Part shown: one piece after another, positions 1-9,840 of the stretch | Layout of the letters: each line of letters starts with the position of its first letter | Position numbering within the stretch: the stretch's first letter is position 1 | NCBI GenBank assembly: GCA_964635275.1 | Contig: CAZWPN010000004.1 | Location: forward strand, 502-64,501 | DNA: 64,000 bases | Direction of reading: 5' to 3' | DNA from: an uncultured Victivallales bacterium | GTDB taxonomy: Bacteria; Verrucomicrobiota; Kiritimatiellia; UBA8416; CAZWPN01 | Position numbers and translations under genes: made by a program | The notes under the pieces: generated by a model | Database searches by the model: none | Seen by the model: only the letters and a program-made list of their open reading frames with translations | Told to the model about the DNA's origin: nothing

Positions 1-228
1 TACAGCAGCTCCGCGCTCCTATTTGTAGCCACGGCAGTCTCTGCCCTGCTCCGCGCTCTCTGTGCCTCTGTGAGAGTTCTTCCGTAACTTATTCTGAAGA
101 TCACGCCGCTTGCAGCCGTCTAAGGAATGACTACAATGCCGTCAAGACGTGCGGCATGGATGTCGCGGGGCGGATATCCGGCTCTGCCGGGCCGTCGAGC
201 GGATCGCAGGACTACAGGGGGAATGACC

Positions 229-3200
229 ATGAGAAGATGCGGGGTCGTGGTGGGAATGTTGACGGTTGCGCTTCTGGGCATTGCGGCAACGCCGGACGTG
301 CGCAAGGATCTATGGAAGAAGGTGGATGAGGCGCAGCAGAAAGGCCTGCCAAAATCAGCCATAGAGCAACTCAATCCGATCATCGAACAGTGCCTGAAGG
401 ACAAGGCCTATCCGGAGGCCATCAAGGCCATCACCCGCAGGATCGCGCTGGAGGGGAACATCGAAGGCAACAAGCCGGAGGAGAAGATCACACGGCTCCA
501 GGCCGAGATCGAAAAGGCACCTGTTGAGATGAAACCGATGATGGAGGTCATCCTCGCCAACTGGTACTGGCATTACTTCCAGCAGAACCGCTGGCGCTTC
601 GCGCAACGCACGCAGACCGCCGAAGCACCGGGCAAGGACTTCACCACATGGGATCTACCGCGCATCCTCTCCGAGATCGGGAAGCATTTCGAGACGGCGC
701 TGGCAGCGGAAGAACAACTGAAGAAGATCCCCGTGGCCGAGTACGACGTCCTGCTCACCAAGGGCAGCGTGCCGGACACCTACCGCCCCACCCTCTTCGA
801 CTTCGTGGCGCACGATGCGCTGGAGTTCTACCAGTCCGGCGAGCAGGCAGGGGCGAAGGCGGAGGATTCGTTCGAGATTGCGGCGGACAGTCCGGCCTTT
901 GCCGCCGTGACGGATTTCCTGGCGTGGAAACCGACCACAACCGACGACCAGTCCGTCACCCTAAAGGCCCTGCGCCTCTATCAGAACCTGCTGGCTTTCC
1001 ACACGGACGACAAGGATCCGACGGCTTTCATCGATGCCGACCTGCTGCGGCTGAACTTCGCCTACAACAAAGCCGTCGGCGAAGGCAAAGACGACCGCTA
1101 CGAGGCGGCCTTGAAGCGGTTGGCGGACGTATGGGGCGACCACGAAATCAGCGCTCGCGCCCTGTGGCATTGGGCGACTGTCCTGAAAGGACAGGAGGAA
1201 CTCACCGAGGCGCATGCGCTGGCCAAGCGGGGATACAATGCGTTTCCGAAGAGTTTCGGTGGGCAAATGTGCTGGGATCTAATCCTGGAGATCGAGTGCG
1301 AGCACATCGCCATAGCAACAGAGCGAGTCTGGAACGAGCCCCTGCCTGACATCGCCCTGACCTACAAGAACATCACCAACGCGCACTTCCGGGCCATCGC
1401 CTGGAACTTCGAGGATCGCCTTGGCAAAGGATGGGCCGGAGAGAACTTGCAGGACCAGGAAAGAAGCACCGTGCTAGCCCGCAAACCGGATCTGGAATGG
1501 TCGTGCGACCTGCCGGCAACTACAGATTACCGCATCCGCACCGAGACCGTCCGGGCGCCGAAGGGCCTCAAGCCCGGCTTCTACTTCATCGTGGCGAGCC
1601 CGGATCCTGAGTTCCGCGACAAGGATAACGTAGTAACCTACGCGCCGGTATGGGTCAGCGACCTTGCCATCGTCATGCGCAACCGGAACGGTGCCGGAAC
1701 ACTCGACGGGATGGTGCTGGATGCACTCACCGGAGTCCCTGTCAGCAACGCAACCGTACAGGCATGGGTGTACAACAACAGCAACAAGTACGCGCCGGGG
1801 GCTTCCACGACAACCGACGCTGATGGACTGTTCCGTTTGCCCAGGAACCCGCAATCGAACGTGATCGCGATCGCGCGGCGGGGTGAACACTCGCTGGCAA
1901 CGCAGGCCTATTGGTCCTACCAGCACAACTACAAACAACAGCCCTACGTCCACACCGTCTTCTTCACGGATCGCAGCCTCTACCGTCCCGGCCAGACGAT
2001 CCAGTTCAAAGGGATTTGCTACCGCGTGGACCAGGAAAAGGACCTGTACGAAGTGGCGCCCAACCAGTCACTGACGGTGCTCTTCAACGACGTCAACGGG
2101 AAGGAAATCGCGCGGCAGAGTGTCAAGGCCAACGCATGGGGCTCCTTCAGCGGCAGCTTCACGGCCCCGCGCAGCGGACTGACCGGCCGGATGACGATTC
2201 ACATTCCGGATGAGATCGGACGCGGATATGCCCAAGTCAGCGTGGAGGAGTACAAGCGTCCGAAGTTCCAGGTGGCTGTGGAAGCACCAAAGGATGCCGC
2301 CAAGCTGGACGAGTCGGTCGAGGTCAAAGGCAAGGCCACCGCCTACACGGGTGTGGCGATCGGCGGTGCCAAGGTAGCCTGGCGCGTCACGCGTGGCGTC
2401 CAGTATCCCGTGTGGTGGTACTGGCGCTGCTGGTGGTATCCACCCTACTTCGGCGAGGTGCAGGAAATAGCGCACGGCAAGGCGTTGACCGAGTCCGACG
2501 GCACCTTCAAGGTATCTTTCGTCGCCAAGCCCGATCTTTCGGTCGAAAAAGACAGCGAACCGACCTTCATCTATACAGTCTACGCGGACGTGACCGATAC
2601 CACCGGCGAGACGCGCAGCGCGCAGCGGATCGTGAATGCGGGCTACACGGCGCTGGCGGCTTCGCTAACCGCCTCGCCGTGGCTGGAGGCTGGGAAACCC
2701 GTTGATCTCGCCATTCGCACCGCGTCGCTTGACGGCGTTGGGCAGGCGGCCAATGGCATGTTGAAGATCTACACACTCAAGCAGCCGGACAGGCCGGCCA
2801 GGCCGAAAATCCTGTCGGAACAGCCGTCACCCTATCCGGCGGGGCGCAGCGTACGCCGTGGGATCTCGCGCAGACCCGTTGTCACGACGGGCAAACGCCC
2901 CGAGCCCAAGCCCGATCTGTCGAATCCCAACTCGTGGGAACTGGGCGAGATGGTGAAGCAGATGCCGTTCAAGACGGACGAATCCGGCAGCCAGACCCTG
3001 CAAGCCGATCTCAAAGCCGGCGTCTACCGCGCGATGCTGGAGACTAAGGACCGTTTCGGCAAGGCGGTTACGGCCATGCTGCCCGTGCAGGTTGTGGACA
3101 TCAAGGCCGGCCGGTTCGCTGTAAAGATCCCGAACCACGTAGCCGCGCCAAAGTGGAACATCGAACCGGGCGAAACCTTCCTGATGCTGTGGGGCACGGG

Positions 3201-6200
3201 ATATGACCAGGGCCGCGCGTATATCGAAATCGAGCACCGGGGCAAAGTGGTAAAGGCGTTCTGGACCGCGCCCGAAAAGACGCAGGAAGTGGTCGAGCAC
3301 GAAGTGACCGAAGCCATGCGCGGCGGATTCACCGTGCGGACGACCTATGTGCGGGAGAACCGCGGGTATATCCAGCAGTCTCAAGTCGCGGTCCCATGGA
3401 GCAACAAGAAACTCGAAGTCAAGTGGGAGCGGTTTGTCTCGAAGCTCGAACCTGGACAGAAGGAAACATGGACCGCGGTTGTTAGCGCAGGGAAGAGTGG
3501 AAGCTCCAATCTTCCGGCATCCCAATCTTCCAGTCTCCCCGTCCCCGCGGAAATGGTTGCCGCGCTCTATGATGCGTCCCTGGATGCCTACCTCCCGCAC
3601 GGCTGGATGGACCAGTTCAATATCTGGCGGATGGACAGATGCGACCTGAACGCCGATTTCCAGAATCGGGCGGCATCATTCAACCACTGGTACGGTTTCT
3701 GGATGCCCGACTTCAAGCATGTCCAAATGACCTACCGGGATCTGCCTCCGGAGATCGTCGCCAATCTCTGGGGCTACGAATATTTCAACGCCAATAGGGT
3801 GATGAGGAAGATGGCTGGTGGCCGTGGCCGGGCACTCGCTGCCGGGGGAGAAATGGATGCCATGCCGATGGCCGCCATGGCCGCGGCGCCCCTTGGCGAC
3901 CTAGCCGAAGCTGGCGGCGAATCTGCCAAGGCTGAGAAAAAGAAACTTGCGTCCGACAAAAGCAAACCTGGCCTAGCCGGAACACCCGAACCTGGAGACC
4001 CGAGTGGCGCGGCGCCTGACCTCAGCAAGGTAACCGCCCGCAAGAACCTGAACGAGACGGCCTTCTTCTTCCCGCATATCCTCGCGGACAGCAACGGTGT
4101 GCTGCGCATGGAATTCACCATGCCGGAGGCACTGACGGAGTGGAAGTTCATGGGATTCGCCCACGACGCGGCTCTGCGCAGTGGCAGCTTGCAGGACAAG
4201 GCAGTGACGGCAAAGGAACTGATGGTCGAGCCCAACCCGCCGCGGTTCGTGCGCGAGGGTGACGAGATCGAGTTCACGGTCAAGGTCAGCAACCGGTCTG
4301 CCGCGCGGCAGACCGGCAGCGTGCGCCTCACGTTGAGCGATGCGCGCACGCTGAAGAGCGTGGATGCGGATGTCGGCAACCGAAAGCCCGATCAACCCTT
4401 CGAGGTGCCGGCGGGCGAGTCGCGCACGTTCTCCTGGCGGCTGACGATCCCGGACGGGCTAGATCACCTGACGTACAAGACTGTGGGCAGCACCGGCCGC
4501 CTGAGCGACGGCGAGGAGAACTACCTGCCGGTGTTGAGCCGCGGAATCCTCGTTATCGAGTCCAAACCGCTCCCGATCCGCGGCAAACAGACCAAGGAGT
4601 TCACGTTCGCCAAACTGCTTGATTCCGGAAAGTCCAAGACGCTGCGGAACGAAACGCTGACCGTGCAGATGGTCAGTCAGCCGGCGTGGTATGCCGTCAT
4701 GGCCCTGCCCTATCTCATGGAGTTCCAGCATGAGTGCACGGAGCAGACATTCAACCGCCTCTACGCCAATGCGCTGGCAAGGCATATCGCGGCGAGCGAT
4801 CCGAAGATCCGGCGCGTGTTCGACCAGTGGAAGGGTACGGAGGCGCTCGACAGTCCCATGGAGAAGAACCAGGACCTCAAGTCCGTCATGATCGAGGAGA
4901 CGCCATGGCTGCGGCAGGCGAAGAAGGAGAGCCAGGCACGCCGCGACGTTGCGATCCTCTTTGACGAGAACCGCCTCAACGACGAGACCGCCCGCCTGCT
5001 CAAACGTATGGCGGACCTCCAGAGGGGAGACGGATGCTGGCCGTGGTTCCCCGGCGGAGGCCGCAACCAGTACATCACGCTCTACATCACCACCGGCTAT
5101 GGCCGGTTGCGGAACCTGGGCGTCAAGGGTATCGACGTGGCCTGCGCATTGAAGTCGCTCAACCAACTCGACGCCTGGGCGGACGAGTGGTACCGCGACA
5201 TCCTCCGCTACGGCAACAAAGACCAGAACCACCTGAGCACCACCGCGGCGTTATACCTCTACGGGCGCAGCTTCTTCCTGCAGGATCAGGCGGTGGACGC
5301 CCGGCACAAGGAGGCGGTTGACTACTGGCTCGGCCAGGCAAAGCGGTACTGGCTGGAGCTCGACAACCGCCAGTCGCAGGCGCATCTCGCCGTCGCGCTC
5401 AAGCGATGGGGCGACAAGGATACCGCGCTCGCCATCATGGCCTCGATCAAGGAACGGTCCGTCACGAACGAGGAGATGGGCATGTTCTGGCGGGAAACCG
5501 AGTTGTCGTGGTGGTGGTACCGCGCGCCCATCGAGACGCAGGCGATGATGATCGAGGCGTTCGATGAGGTGCTGGGCGACGCCAAGGCCGTGGAGGAATG
5601 CCGGGTGTGGCTGCTCAAGCAGAAGCAGACGCAGGACTGGAAAACCACCAAGGCCACGGCTGACGCGATTTACGGGCTGCTCCTGCATGGGCAGAACTGG
5701 CTCGCTTCCGACGCGCTGGTTGAAGTCTCGCTAGGCGGCAATCCCATCAAGCCTGAAAAGGTCGAAGCCGGCACCGGGTTCTACGAGCAGCGGTTCGTCC
5801 GGAAGGAGATTGTGCCGGAGATGGGCAAGATCACCGTCAAGAAGACAGACGAAGGCGTCTCATGGGGCAGCGTCCACTGGCAGTACATTGAGGACATGAG
5901 CAAGGTTACGCCGCACGAAGGCACGCCGCTCAAGCTGGTGAAGAAGCTGTTCGTCAAGGAGAACACCAAGAAAGGCCCCGTGCTCAAGCCGGCGACAGGT
6001 CCACTGGCGGTGGGCGACGAACTGGTCGTACGGATCGAGCTGCGGGTGGATCGCGACATGGAATACGTCCACCTCAAGGACCAGCGCGGCAGCGGTACGG
6101 AGCCGGTGAACGTGTTGTCACAGTATCGCTACCAGGACGGTCTGGGTTATTATGAGAGCACAAAGGACACTGCAAGCCACTTCTTCATGGACTACCTGGC

Positions 6201-6339
6201 CAAGGGCGTCTACGTGTTTGAGTACTCCTCGCGCATCCAGCACAAGGGCAAGTACCAGACAGGCATCGCCTCCGTGCAATGTATGTACGCCCCCGAATTC
6301 AACAGCCACTCGGAGAGCTTCGTGCTGGAAGTGAAATAA
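229..6339 (+). CDS. Alpha-2-macroglobulin family protein, thioester-containing (~2,036 aa secreted giant)
   Basis: A 6.2-kb single ORF. A signal-peptide-like N-terminus (MRRCGVVVGMLTVALLGIAATP) follows an AGGGGG RBS 8 nt upstream of the ATG at 229; the ORF-track start at 127 is less likely. The canonical CxEQ thioester motif (MEFQHECTEQTF, nt ~4735-4746) is present, together with the typical A2M C-terminal region. Codon usage matches the high-GC host. Confidence 0.85.
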   Translation: MRRCGVVVGMLTVALLGIAATPDVRKDLWKKVDEAQQKGLPKSAIEQLNPIIEQCLKDKAYPEAIKAITRRIALEGNIEGNKPEEKITRLQAEIEKAPVEMKPMMEVILANWYWHYFQQNRWRFAQRTQTAEAPGKDFTTWDLPRILSEIGKHFETALAAEEQLKKIPVAEYDVLLTKGSVPDTYRPTLFDFVAHDALEFYQSGEQAGAKAEDSFEIAADSPAFAAVTDFLAWKPTTTDDQSVTLKALRLYQNLLAFHTDDKDPTAFIDADLLRLNFAYNKAVGEGKDDRYEAALKRLADVWGDHEISARALWHWATVLKGQEELTEAHALAKRGYNAFPKSFGGQMCWDLILEIECEHIAIATERVWNEPLPDIALTYKNITNAHFRAIAWNFEDRLGKGWAGENLQDQERSTVLARKPDLEWSCDLPATTDYRIRTETVRAPKGLKPGFYFIVASPDPEFRDKDNVVTYAPVWVSDLAIVMRNRNGAGTLDGMVLDALTGVPVSNATVQAWVYNNSNKYAPGASTTTDADGLFRLPRNPQSNVIAIARRGEHSLATQAYWSYQHNYKQQPYVHTVFFTDRSLYRPGQTIQFKGICYRVDQEKDLYEVAPNQSLTVLFNDVNGKEIARQSVKANAWGSFSGSFTAPRSGLTGRMTIHIPDEIGRGYAQVSVEEYKRPKFQVAVEAPKDAAKLDESVEVKGKATAYTGVAIGGAKVAWRVTRGVQYPVWWYWRCWWYPPYFGEVQEIAHGKALTESDGTFKVSFVAKPDLSVEKDSEPTFIYTVYADVTDTTGETRSAQRIVNAGYTALAASLTASPWLEAGKPVDLAIRTASLDGVGQAANGMLKIYTLKQPDRPARPKILSEQPSPYPAGRSVRRGISRRPVVTTGKRPEPKPDLSNPNSWELGEMVKQMPFKTDESGSQTLQADLKAGVYRAMLETKDRFGKAVTAMLPVQVVDIKAGRFAVKIPNHVAAPKWNIEPGETFLMLWGTGYDQGRAYIEIEHRGKVVKAFWTAPEKTQEVVEHEVTEAMRGGFTVRTTYVRENRGYIQQSQVAVPWSNKKLEVKWERFVSKLEPGQKETWTAVVSAGKSGSSNLPASQSSSLPVPAEMVAALYDASLDAYLPHGWMDQFNIWRMDRCDLNADFQNRAASFNHWYGFWMPDFKHVQMTYRDLPPEIVANLWGYEYFNANRVMRKMAGGRGRALAAGGEMDAMPMAAMAAAPLGDLAEAGGESAKAEKKKLASDKSKPGLAGTPEPGDPSGAAPDLSKVTARKNLNETAFFFPHILADSNGVLRMEFTMPEALTEWKFMGFAHDAALRSGSLQDKAVTAKELMVEPNPPRFVREGDEIEFTVKVSNRSAARQTGSVRLTLSDARTLKSVDADVGNRKPDQPFEVPAGESRTFSWRLTIPDGLDHLTYKTVGSTGRLSDGEENYLPVLSRGILVIESKPLPIRGKQTKEFTFAKLLDSGKSKTLRNETLTVQMVSQPAWYAVMALPYLMEFQHECTEQTFNRLYANALARHIAASDPKIRRVFDQWKGTEALDSPMEKNQDLKSVMIEETPWLRQAKKESQARRDVAILFDENRLNDETARLLKRMADLQRGDGCWPWFPGGGRNQYITLYITTGYGRLRNLGVKGIDVACALKSLNQLDAWADEWYRDILRYGNKDQNHLSTTAALYLYGRSFFLQDQAVDARHKEAVDYWLGQAKRYWLELDNRQSQAHLAVALKRWGDKDTALAIMASIKERSVTNEEMGMFWRETELSWWWYRAPIETQAMMIEAFDEVLGDAKAVEECRVWLLKQKQTQDWKTTKATADAIYGLLLHGQNWLASDALVEVSLGGNPIKPEKVEAGTGFYEQRFVRKEIVPEMGKITVKKTDEGVSWGSVHWQYIEDMSKVTPHEGTPLKLVKKLFVKENTKKGPVLKPATGPLAVGDELVVRIELRVDRDMEYVHLKDQRGSGTEPVNVLSQYRYQDGLGYYESTKDTASHFFMDYLAKGVYVFEYSSRIQHKGKYQTGIASVQCMYAPEFNSHSESFVLEVK

Positions 6340-6815
6340 ACGCCGGATCGGCATATCCGGATATTTTGAACGCCGAAGGTAGCGAAGGCAGCAAAGGGGT
6401 GGGAAGGCATGCCGGCTATCCAATGGCGGCGATAGTCGGACGACCGGAGGTGATGGATGCAGCCCAGCGCAGTTTCATCAGCAGCACTTTCTGGACCGAC
6501 CGGATAGGACCAGCCGCCGCCATCGCCACTATCCGCAAGTGTCTGCACCACGACGTAGAGCGGCACCTGACGGATACCGGCATTCGTGTGCAGAAGGGCT
6601 GGCAATCGGCGGCGGATGCCGCCGGGCTCGCCATTCACGTCGGCGGAATTCCCGCGCTCAGCCATTTCGGCATTGACGGAAAGGAAGCAAATGTGGCCCG
6701 AACATACTTCACTCAGATCATGCTGGAAAGCGGGTTCCTGGCCGGCACCGGTTTTTACCCGATGCTTGCGCACACGCCAGCCATTTGCCCGCCCCAAAGC
6801 GAGGATCAGGATTGA
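6340..6815 (+). pseudogene. Class-III (PLP-dependent) aminotransferase, C-terminal remnant only
   Basis: Homology to aminotransferase class III begins abruptly near the SKGVG/ISSTFWTD region, about residue 270 of a ~430-aa enzyme, immediately after the A2M stop codon. No N-terminal two-thirds is encoded upstream in any frame. Confidence 0.5.
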
Positions 6816-6854
6816 GCCCCTTGCATAAACTCGCCATTTCGCTACACTGTCGGC

Positions 6855-7616
6855 ATGAATGAACCCGCCATCCATATCGAGAACCTCACCGTACGCTTCG
6901 ATGGCCCTGGTGGAACCATTACCGCCCTTGACCGGCTGAGCTTGCACATTGAGTCCGGCCGCGTGTTCGGTTTCCTAGGCCCCAACGGTGCCGGAAAGAC
7001 CACGGCCATTCACGTGTTGCTTGGATTTGTGGAAGCCACCAAGGGGCAAGCTGCCCTGTTTGGCCGTGACGTCAGACAATCGATCGCACGACGACGGATC
7101 GGATACCTGCCGGAGCACCCGGACCTCTACAGGTTCCTTACCGGCCGTGAACTGCTGCGCTTTGCGGGCCGCCTCGCCGGATTGGGTGGACGCCCTTTGG
7201 AGACCCGCATCGGCGAGGTCCTCCGCGAAGTGAGCCTGGAGGATGCCGCCGACCGGCGGATCGGCGCGTACTCGCGCGGCATGCGGCAGCGCATAGCGCT
7301 GGGGCAGGCCATTGTGCATGACCCTGACCTCCTTATATTGGACGAGCCTACCAGCGGGCTGGATCCTATAGCCAGACAGTCGGTACGCAACATGATCCGC
7401 CGATGGCGCGATCGCGGCAAGACGGTATTCTTCTCGTCGCACGAACTTTCCGAGGTGGAATTGGTATGTGACGAAGTCGCCATCATGGTCAACGGACGCC
7501 TCGCTGCATCCGGCACGCCCGCCTCGCTTGTCAAGCCTGGCGAGCGGCTCGAGCCGTACTTCATGAGGATGGTCGGTGCGCTGCCGGAAAGCGACGGAAA
7601 GGAATCTGGTCAATGA
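6855..7616 (+). CDS. ABC transporter ATP-binding protein
   Basis: Walker A GPNGAGKTT, ABC signature YSRGMRQRIALG and Walker B LLILDEPTSGLD are all present. Confidence 0.9.
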   Translation: MNEPAIHIENLTVRFDGPGGTITALDRLSLHIESGRVFGFLGPNGAGKTTAIHVLLGFVEATKGQAALFGRDVRQSIARRRIGYLPEHPDLYRFLTGRELLRFAGRLAGLGGRPLETRIGEVLREVSLEDAADRRIGAYSRGMRQRIALGQAIVHDPDLLILDEPTSGLDPIARQSVRNMIRRWRDRGKTVFFSSHELSEVELVCDEVAIMVNGRLAASGTPASLVKPGERLEPYFMRMVGALPESDGKESGQ

Positions 7617-8401
7617 AAGTGTTGGCGATCGCCGTCGTCGTATGGCTCGACAGCCTGCGGCGGAAGGACGTGTACGTGCTCCTTGTGATGCTGGCCGGGC
7701 TTCTAGTCGCTCTGGGCTCGATAGACCTGTTCGGCCTCGGCGGCGCCGCACTATATGTGCTGGATATAGGCCTTCTGTTCTGCTGGCTGTTCGGATGGAT
7801 ACTCGCCATAAACGCCGGCTGCCGCGAACTGCCGCAGGAGGAGAGCCGCGGGACAGTATACATGCTTCTGGCAAAGCCGGTTAGCCGACTGGAACTGGTT
7901 GCAGGGAAGTGGCTTGGCGCCTGGAGTGGCGTAGTCACTGCTATGCTCCTATTCTACGCGGCCACGGCACTGCTGGCCCTTGTGCGTGGGGCGACGTTCA
8001 GCGTGCACACCCTAATCCATGCCTGGCTTCTGCACGCTGTTGCAATGGCCATTCTAACGGCGCTCGGCATGGCCGTGTCGACACGCCTCAACAGAGACGC
8101 AGCCACGACGCTCGCCGGCGTGCTGAGCGCCGCTGCATTCGTCCTGGTACCGCAAGTCCCTGAACTGGTGATGCACGGCGCGCCATGGACGCAGACCCCG
8201 CTGATCGCCGTGTATTTTCTGCTGCCGCACCTGGAACTGTTCGACATCCGTCAGCAAGTCGTCCATGGCCACACCGGACTGGATTTCCGGACGCTCCTGG
8301 CCTTGGTTGCTTACGGTATGACCTGTGCCGCAGCACTGGTTATGGTAGCCTGGCTGGCATACCGGGAGAAGCGATTCGATCGGGCCGCACTGACGGAGTG
8401 A
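7613..8401 (+). CDS. ABC-2 family transporter permease
   Basis: Polytopic hydrophobic protein. Its start overlaps the ATPase stop (ATGA), indicating translational coupling. Confidence 0.75.
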   Translation: MKVLAIAVVVWLDSLRRKDVYVLLVMLAGLLVALGSIDLFGLGGAALYVLDIGLLFCWLFGWILAINAGCRELPQEESRGTVYMLLAKPVSRLELVAGKWLGAWSGVVTAMLLFYAATALLALVRGATFSVHTLIHAWLLHAVAMAILTALGMAVSTRLNRDAATTLAGVLSAAAFVLVPQVPELVMHGAPWTQTPLIAVYFLLPHLELFDIRQQVVHGHTGLDFRTLLALVAYGMTCAAALVMVAWLAYREKRFDRAALTE

Positions 8402-8405
8402 TGGC

Positions 8406-9254
8406 ATGATGCGACGCCCCATACTACCATGGCTGGTGCTCATACTGCTCACTTCAGCGGCTTTCGGACTGGCTTGCCGTCTTGTACCGGCGGGCAGTCA
8501 TACCAGCGGTTCAAAGCACGCCTCGATGGCGAGCCGTTTTTTCACGGCCAGCAGGTCGGGCATGGGCGCAGCAGCCATTCGACAGGCCGACCTCTATCTT
8601 CACCGCGGATTGGAGGCCGCACCGCCGGCAGCGTTCAGTAATACCTGGTTCCAGCGAATGGCCGCGCGAGTGTCCATTCGCGGCGTTATGCACCGAGAAG
8701 GCGAGTCAACCCGCGAGGTGGTGCCGTGGCTGTGGTTCGGAACAGCCCTGGACCCGGATAACAAGGACTACGCGCTCCTGTCCATATACTGGCTCAAGGC
8801 TGCTGGCAGGGATGATCTGGCCATGGGCGTTCTCCGAAATGCATTGATCCGGGAGCCTCGATCACCGGAACTGCATCTTGAGCGCGCCCGGCTTCTGCTG
8901 CGCGGCGGAAGAATCCCCGAGGCAGCGCGGGCCCTGGATGCCGGCCTGATCTGCACGGCAGGGACCCCAACCAGCAATACCAACACCGTCAAGAAGACGC
9001 TGTGCACCTACCGGTCAATCATCTTCGAGTACGAGGGTGACACCAACGCCGCCATCGCCTGCCTGTCCAGCGAAGATGAGCATTCACCGGACGTTATCGC
9101 GCGTGTGGCCGACCTTCGAAGCAACCGCCAACCTGCAGTGTCGGCCGCCGCCCTCCTCAGCAACCTCGTGCACGTGGCCCATCGATGCGAGGACCATTAT
9201 GGGGGGCATGACGACGATGAGCACACGGAAGAGCCGCTAGGTGGTAAGCCTTGA
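8406..9254 (+). CDS. Hypothetical membrane-anchored protein with TPR-like helical region
   Basis: N-terminal hydrophobic segment followed by a TPR-like helical segment (LERARLLLRGGRIPEAARALDAG). It starts 5 nt after the permease stop. Confidence 0.5.
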   Translation: MMRRPILPWLVLILLTSAAFGLACRLVPAGSHTSGSKHASMASRFFTASRSGMGAAAIRQADLYLHRGLEAAPPAAFSNTWFQRMAARVSIRGVMHREGESTREVVPWLWFGTALDPDNKDYALLSIYWLKAAGRDDLAMGVLRNALIREPRSPELHLERARLLLRGGRIPEAARALDAGLICTAGTPTSNTNTVKKTLCTYRSIIFEYEGDTNAAIACLSSEDEHSPDVIARVADLRSNRQPAVSAAALLSNLVHVAHRCEDHYGGHDDDEHTEEPLGGKP

Positions 9255-9310
9255 GGTTTGATTGGTTGTAAACTGGAAAGGAAACGTGGCCTAATGGCCG
9301 GGAGGTTGGC

Positions 9311-9820
9311 ATGAACGAATGGATGCAGGAAACGCTGCGAATTATTCAACTGATATTGCGACAACAGGATAGCGTACCGCGTATCGCTATTTCCGCCGCG
9401 GTGGCATCTATCGTGTTTCTTGTGCTTCTGCGACTAGTGAGTGTTGCTTTTCGCATTCTAACGGTAAGTTGGCTCCAGCGTCTGGCGGCGGCCGTTATCG
9501 TTCTGGCCGTTCCTCTGGCCGGAGCCGTTGCGACATCCCTGTACGTTTGCCCGCGAATGACCACGGACACTCTCAAGATGGCTGCCATCATTGCCGGTCC
9601 TGCCGTTGCATTGCTGCTCGTGGCCACACCGCTGGCCATGTTGGTCCTGCGAGCCCGTTTCTTCCAAACACTCGGCACCGTCGTCCTTTGCATGGCTGGC
9701 GCATGGGGGGCGCTATTGCTCTCTAACGCTACGATCAATGCATTCAAGGAAGGCTCGCGCCAGGCCGGTAAAGCAGTGGAGCACAGGGCCGACATAGACA
9801 AACTTCTCGGGAAGCCCTGA
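9311..9820 (+). CDS. Hypothetical integral membrane protein (about 4 TM)
   Basis: GGAGG RBS and four hydrophobic helices. Confidence 0.5.
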   Translation: MNEWMQETLRIIQLILRQQDSVPRIAISAAVASIVFLVLLRLVSVAFRILTVSWLQRLAAAVIVLAVPLAGAVATSLYVCPRMTTDTLKMAAIIAGPAVALLLVATPLAMLVLRARFFQTLGTVVLCMAGAWGALLLSNATINAFKEGSRQAGKAVEHRADIDKLLGKP

Positions 9821-9840
9821 AGAGAAAGCAGGCTGAATCC

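Noticed and set aside
648-1349. 233-aa + ORF inside the A2M gene (alternate frame), Arg/Gly/Pro-rich
   Set aside because: Same-strand alternate frame with low-complexity translation typical of GC-rich off-frames; the A2M frame is continuous and carries conserved motifs.
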